A DNA stretch of 64,000 nucleotides, from contig NIVC01001598.1 of the NCBI GenBank assembly GCA_002269645.1, positions 1 to 64,000 on the forward strand. The letters are read 5' to 3'. Shown here in pieces: positions 60,251 to 64,000 of the stretch; position 1 is the stretch's first letter; every line of letters starts with the position of its first letter. Under the pieces are notes generated by a model. That model was not told the DNA's origin. It worked only from the letters and a program-made list of their open reading frames with translations, and did no database searches. The DNA comes from Macrostomum lignano. Taxonomy: Eukaryota. The translations under genes and the position numbers were made by a program.

Positions 60251-63200
60251 CCATTTAAAGCTTCCTAGCTCCTGCTTAGTGTTTCCTAGCTTGCTCCTGT
60301 TGAATTATACCAGTTTCTCATACATTTTTTTCTAAGTTAGTGTTTCCAAGATCTTAAATCATGTTGTTTGCTACTGGAACTTTTATTTATTTTTCTAGCC
60401 ACTTCTCATAACTCATGTGCCAGTTAGACTATCAATGTAGTTTATATATTCCTATGCAGTTCAATTGTCAAAATCAAACATATTTTTACTATTGCCATTA
60501 ACATTGAGCACTATACATTTTCAAATTTGCTTAATTGAACATCTCTGGAAAATATTTCTAAGAACTTGTTTTGCCTAATGATTTTTTTATGCTAGGCCCT
60601 ATACTAACTGCAAGCGCAAAAAAGTATGCAAGCACGAAAAAAAATTTAAGGTGCGAAAAAATGGGCACCCCCGCTAACACCACTGATTGGTAGGCCTAGG
60701 CCTAGAAAAATGAAAAGTTTCAAACCCATTTTAGGTTTGTTTGTCATTATAATTTAATTTTGTCTTTCCTTGACTTTGTTTTGTCTTGGATATAACAAAA
60801 AACATTATTGATATATCAATAGTAAAAAATTGACAATTTCAAATATATTTTATTGTTAAAGTATAAACATGACAATGGATTAAAAAAATTCTCAAACCAA
60901 ATTCCAGATTTAGATCATGGTTCTAGAACCAATTCTGAAAACAAAACAGATAATATGAAAAGCTTCAAACTAATTTTGGTTCTGGAATCAGTAATATGAA
61001 AAGCCCAGGCCTAATTGATATCTGATGTCATAGTGTTAGATCTAAGCAATATATAGGCCTAGTTGACTGCCATAGTTTGGATTGTATATCATTAGTGTAC
61101 CTAGGTGTTAGAACTATGTTGGTTCTAATGGAAGAGAAAGTACAAAACCTTGCTTGTATACTGGGACTAAAAAATGTCATTGATACAATGTTTCCACTGT
61201 GTTATATACCCCAAGAAATATACTAATATACATTGAAAAAAGGCAAGTACCTTTGTTGTATACTAGGAAATCCCAGTATACATTTTGCCTTCCAAACTAT
61301 AAGTTCACTATTGAAGGTCCTGTCCTGAGCTTAATTTTTTCAATTGGCATTTTTGATAATTTTTATTGCAATATGCCTATATACTAATTGCAGAATATTT
61401 ATTTCTTATATAGCTGATTTTCTGCATGCAATAGAACAATTTTTATTTTTATTTGATATTTTAACATTTCAATATTTCAACCTTCAATGCATTTTAGCCC
61501 CATTTATTAACTTTCTTTTATTTGTTCATTAGATTTCATAAATTGCTTTATTTTTTAACCATTAATTAATGTTTATGTATATAAAACTTTGGCAAAACAA
61601 CCTGCTTTTGACAAATTGACTTTTGGCAAATCAACTTTCAGCAAATTGACTTGCTAACTGCATGCTTAGAATGCTTACCAAATCAAATTTATGCCAGAAA
61701 CTAGTAACGTCTAGCCTAAATGATATCTTCCAAAGTATGGCAAGTCATAAATAAATATATATTAATTAAAAAGGGGCTTTAACAAAATTTTGAAAGCTAT
61801 ATTATTAATAGTAGCTAGTTTGCCTATTAGCCTACTATTAGTATTAAGTATTCAATTTCATAAGTCTTAGTTGCATAAATAAGAAGCTGCATACATAAGA
61901 CATACATAAGATACATACATGCGCAACCCCCCTGATTTACACTGGCCATGCGACTTACTTTTTGACCAAAAATGCGACTTACCTGTGAAAGAAACCCTAG
62001 AGCAACATTAATGCAATTTTGGGTAAACGGCAGGAGTAGCATGTCTTAAAAGGGCTAAATGCCTCGTCATCTAATTAGTACTACGTCCGTATTCTTTGGG
62101 TGGGCATTTTTGCGACTTACCCCTGGTCCACCACAATTTACGGTGGCCAGATCGGCCAGCAGTTGCGCATGTATGCATAAGATATGTAATATATAATTTA
62201 TGAACTTTTTAGGTTATGTTGTTATTGCTATAATAGAAAGGTATGCAATAGAAAGTTAGCATAAATATTCACCAATTTTTTGTCTGCATTGCTCCATTCC
62301 AGTGCAGCAAAATTGCTGGTGGGGGGTTTCCATATCATAACAAGCATAGGTTTTAAGAAATAATTAGCATAAAAATTCAGCTGCCTTCATAGTTAGAAAA
62401 AATCTCAGTTATTTTTATTTATTTTTTTGTTTATTCAAATTATAAATTAAATATTTTCACTACTTTCTACTCATGTTAGTAGGTTATGCTGTAATGCAAT
62501 CTATTTTTGCTGAATTATCCATTACAAACCAACTTGAATACATTGCATGTGGAGGCCACACCTAAGATTTTAATTAAAGATTTGAATTAGATTTTGCTAA
62601 CTGGCTAATTGGTTGTCACAATGTCTGTCCTGCGGAGATCCTACTCAAGCATTAATCTGTACCGGCTCAACTCTGCCACCAATGTGAGTGTTTAGTAAAC
62701 CTGGTCTTTTATGTGTAAGCCATTTTTTCAAGTGAATGACATGGCATGTTTGCTCCTACGTGTATTTGCTAACTATAATAACTGGATTGGCTTTTAGTTT
62801 AGCAGAAAGCTTCATAAAAAGCATTTTAAAAATATGTTTAAAGACAAGACAACACAAGGTACTCCAGTCTAATGGCTTTTAGAATTATGCTCATATTGAT
62901 GCTAACCAAATTGATGCCTGTTGGACCAAATTACTTTAGCAAGCAAATATCGGATTCAATGCTTGTAGGCCCAAATGGGCTGCAAAAAGCCGTTGTATCT
63001 GAGATAGAGCCTAAATACTGTTGTCATGGCGACCGTGACTGCTAGCTGATACTTGGAGCTTTTGAGTCGTGCTGTGAATAATTGCATCGAATTCAGAAGC
63101 ACTCACAACACTGTTAATTAAATTGAGCGAAAATAGCAAATTCTAAATTTCTAATCATTTTCTAAAAGCGAAAGCACTATTTGCGAATTGCCTGTTTCAC

Positions 63201-63924
63201 TTGCCATTTTCCTGCTTGTTCTGCTTGGCTGCCAAACATATTTGGATAATTGGAATTTCTGTCTGGCTCCCCGAATTCAAATCTGCACCTATTTAGACAT
63301 TCTGCGAGGCAGCTGGACCGGCTCTGTTTGCTTGAACTTTTATTATAGTCAGAGCCGACTCAAGTCCATTCAGAGAATTCCGCTTCTATAAGCTGGGACC
63401 GAGCCGAATCTAAGATGGAAAAGATCGCGAATTAGGGGAAGGGTGGTGGGGCAGAGTTGCGGTTGCCTGCTGCTGATAAATCAAACTCGCCCAGCCTCCT
63501 TCCTCCATCTGTAGAGCGGAACCTCATTTGAATTTGAAAAAAAATAGGGCTTAAGAAATTGAGCCGCGGGTTTTTGGAGTAGCACAGCTCGGGATTTAGT
63601 TGCTGTCGGTTGCGTTGCAGTTGGCAAATTGGCCGCGAATTACTGGAATTGGCTCTGTAGCTCAGCGAATTGACGTGTCCAGGGGGCCTTGGTTCGATTC
63701 TCAGTCTGAAGTAAATTAGGCCTGGGAATTTGTGCAAGTCTCGCCCATGAGGGCCGACCCGCGCAAGGCGATGGTACGGCGGTACCTCCAGTGTCAGCGT
63801 GTGCCTTGCTGGCTGCGGGTCGGCTGTCACCTTTGATTTGCGGCAGAGCCCAGAGCCCCCCTCCCACTGCTACAAAATAACAATAACCGTACTAGTAACT
63901 GGCATGGCGGATCGTCTCTTTCTA

Positions 63925-64000
63925 AGAATCAAATGTGTCATAATGGCATCTTCTCATTTCTAGAAATAAAATGTGTCATAATAACGTATTCTCATTTCTA
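63925..64000. repeat. Start of a ~39-bp tandem repeat truncated by the window end
   Basis: AAATGTGTCATAAT...TTCTCATTTCTA seen twice. Confidence 0.6.

Noticed and set aside
61945-62145. pogo/Tigger-like MITE end (GCGACTTA x3, ...ATTTACGGT)
   Set aside because: No matching opposite terminus or TSD found.
63432-63867. Minus-strand ORFs in a GC-rich island at the window end
   Set aside because: No recognisable domain; may be a promoter or 5' exon of the kinase but cannot be supported here.

Overview
Eukaryotic (animal) genomic DNA. GC-rich exons separated by minisatellite-filled introns resemble the flatworm Macrostomum lignano, but that assignment is inference only. Four spliced genes can be rebuilt by hand from GT-AG junctions with consistent phases: a divergent Wnt (+, 4047-8788, 5 exons, 439 aa), a secreted PAN/apple plus fibrinogen-related protein (-, 10819-12303, 4 exons, 296 aa), a Rabaptin-5/RABEP1 homologue with a C-terminal FYVE-like finger (+, 25662-33690, 7 exons, 819 aa) and a Tec/Btk-family tyrosine kinase (-, 42608-51640, 8 exons, one apparent 1-nt frameshift). 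There is also an intronless HD-like DUF5662-type gene (-, 36189-37103). Mobile elements: a Tc1/IS630-like DNA transposon with 327-bp near-perfect TIRs and a broken transposase (20450-22686), a young Ty3/gypsy LTR retrotransposon in a kinase intron (46741-51203), MITEs and a Merlin-like relic. More than 25 unrelated tandem arrays occur, most of them in introns. Most notable: (i) a 34-bp array whose unit spans the rabaptin intron1/exon2 junction, giving about 38 copies of the acceptor region plus an AGGT proto-splice site; (ii) the possibly horizontally acquired DUF5662 gene; (iii) strong enrichment of TACATGTA and TAGGCCTA, which fit the shape of TA-transposon excision footprints; (iv) a fold-back array just behind the kinase stop codon. 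No rRNA, tRNA or CRISPR array was seen. All alignments and counts were done by eye.
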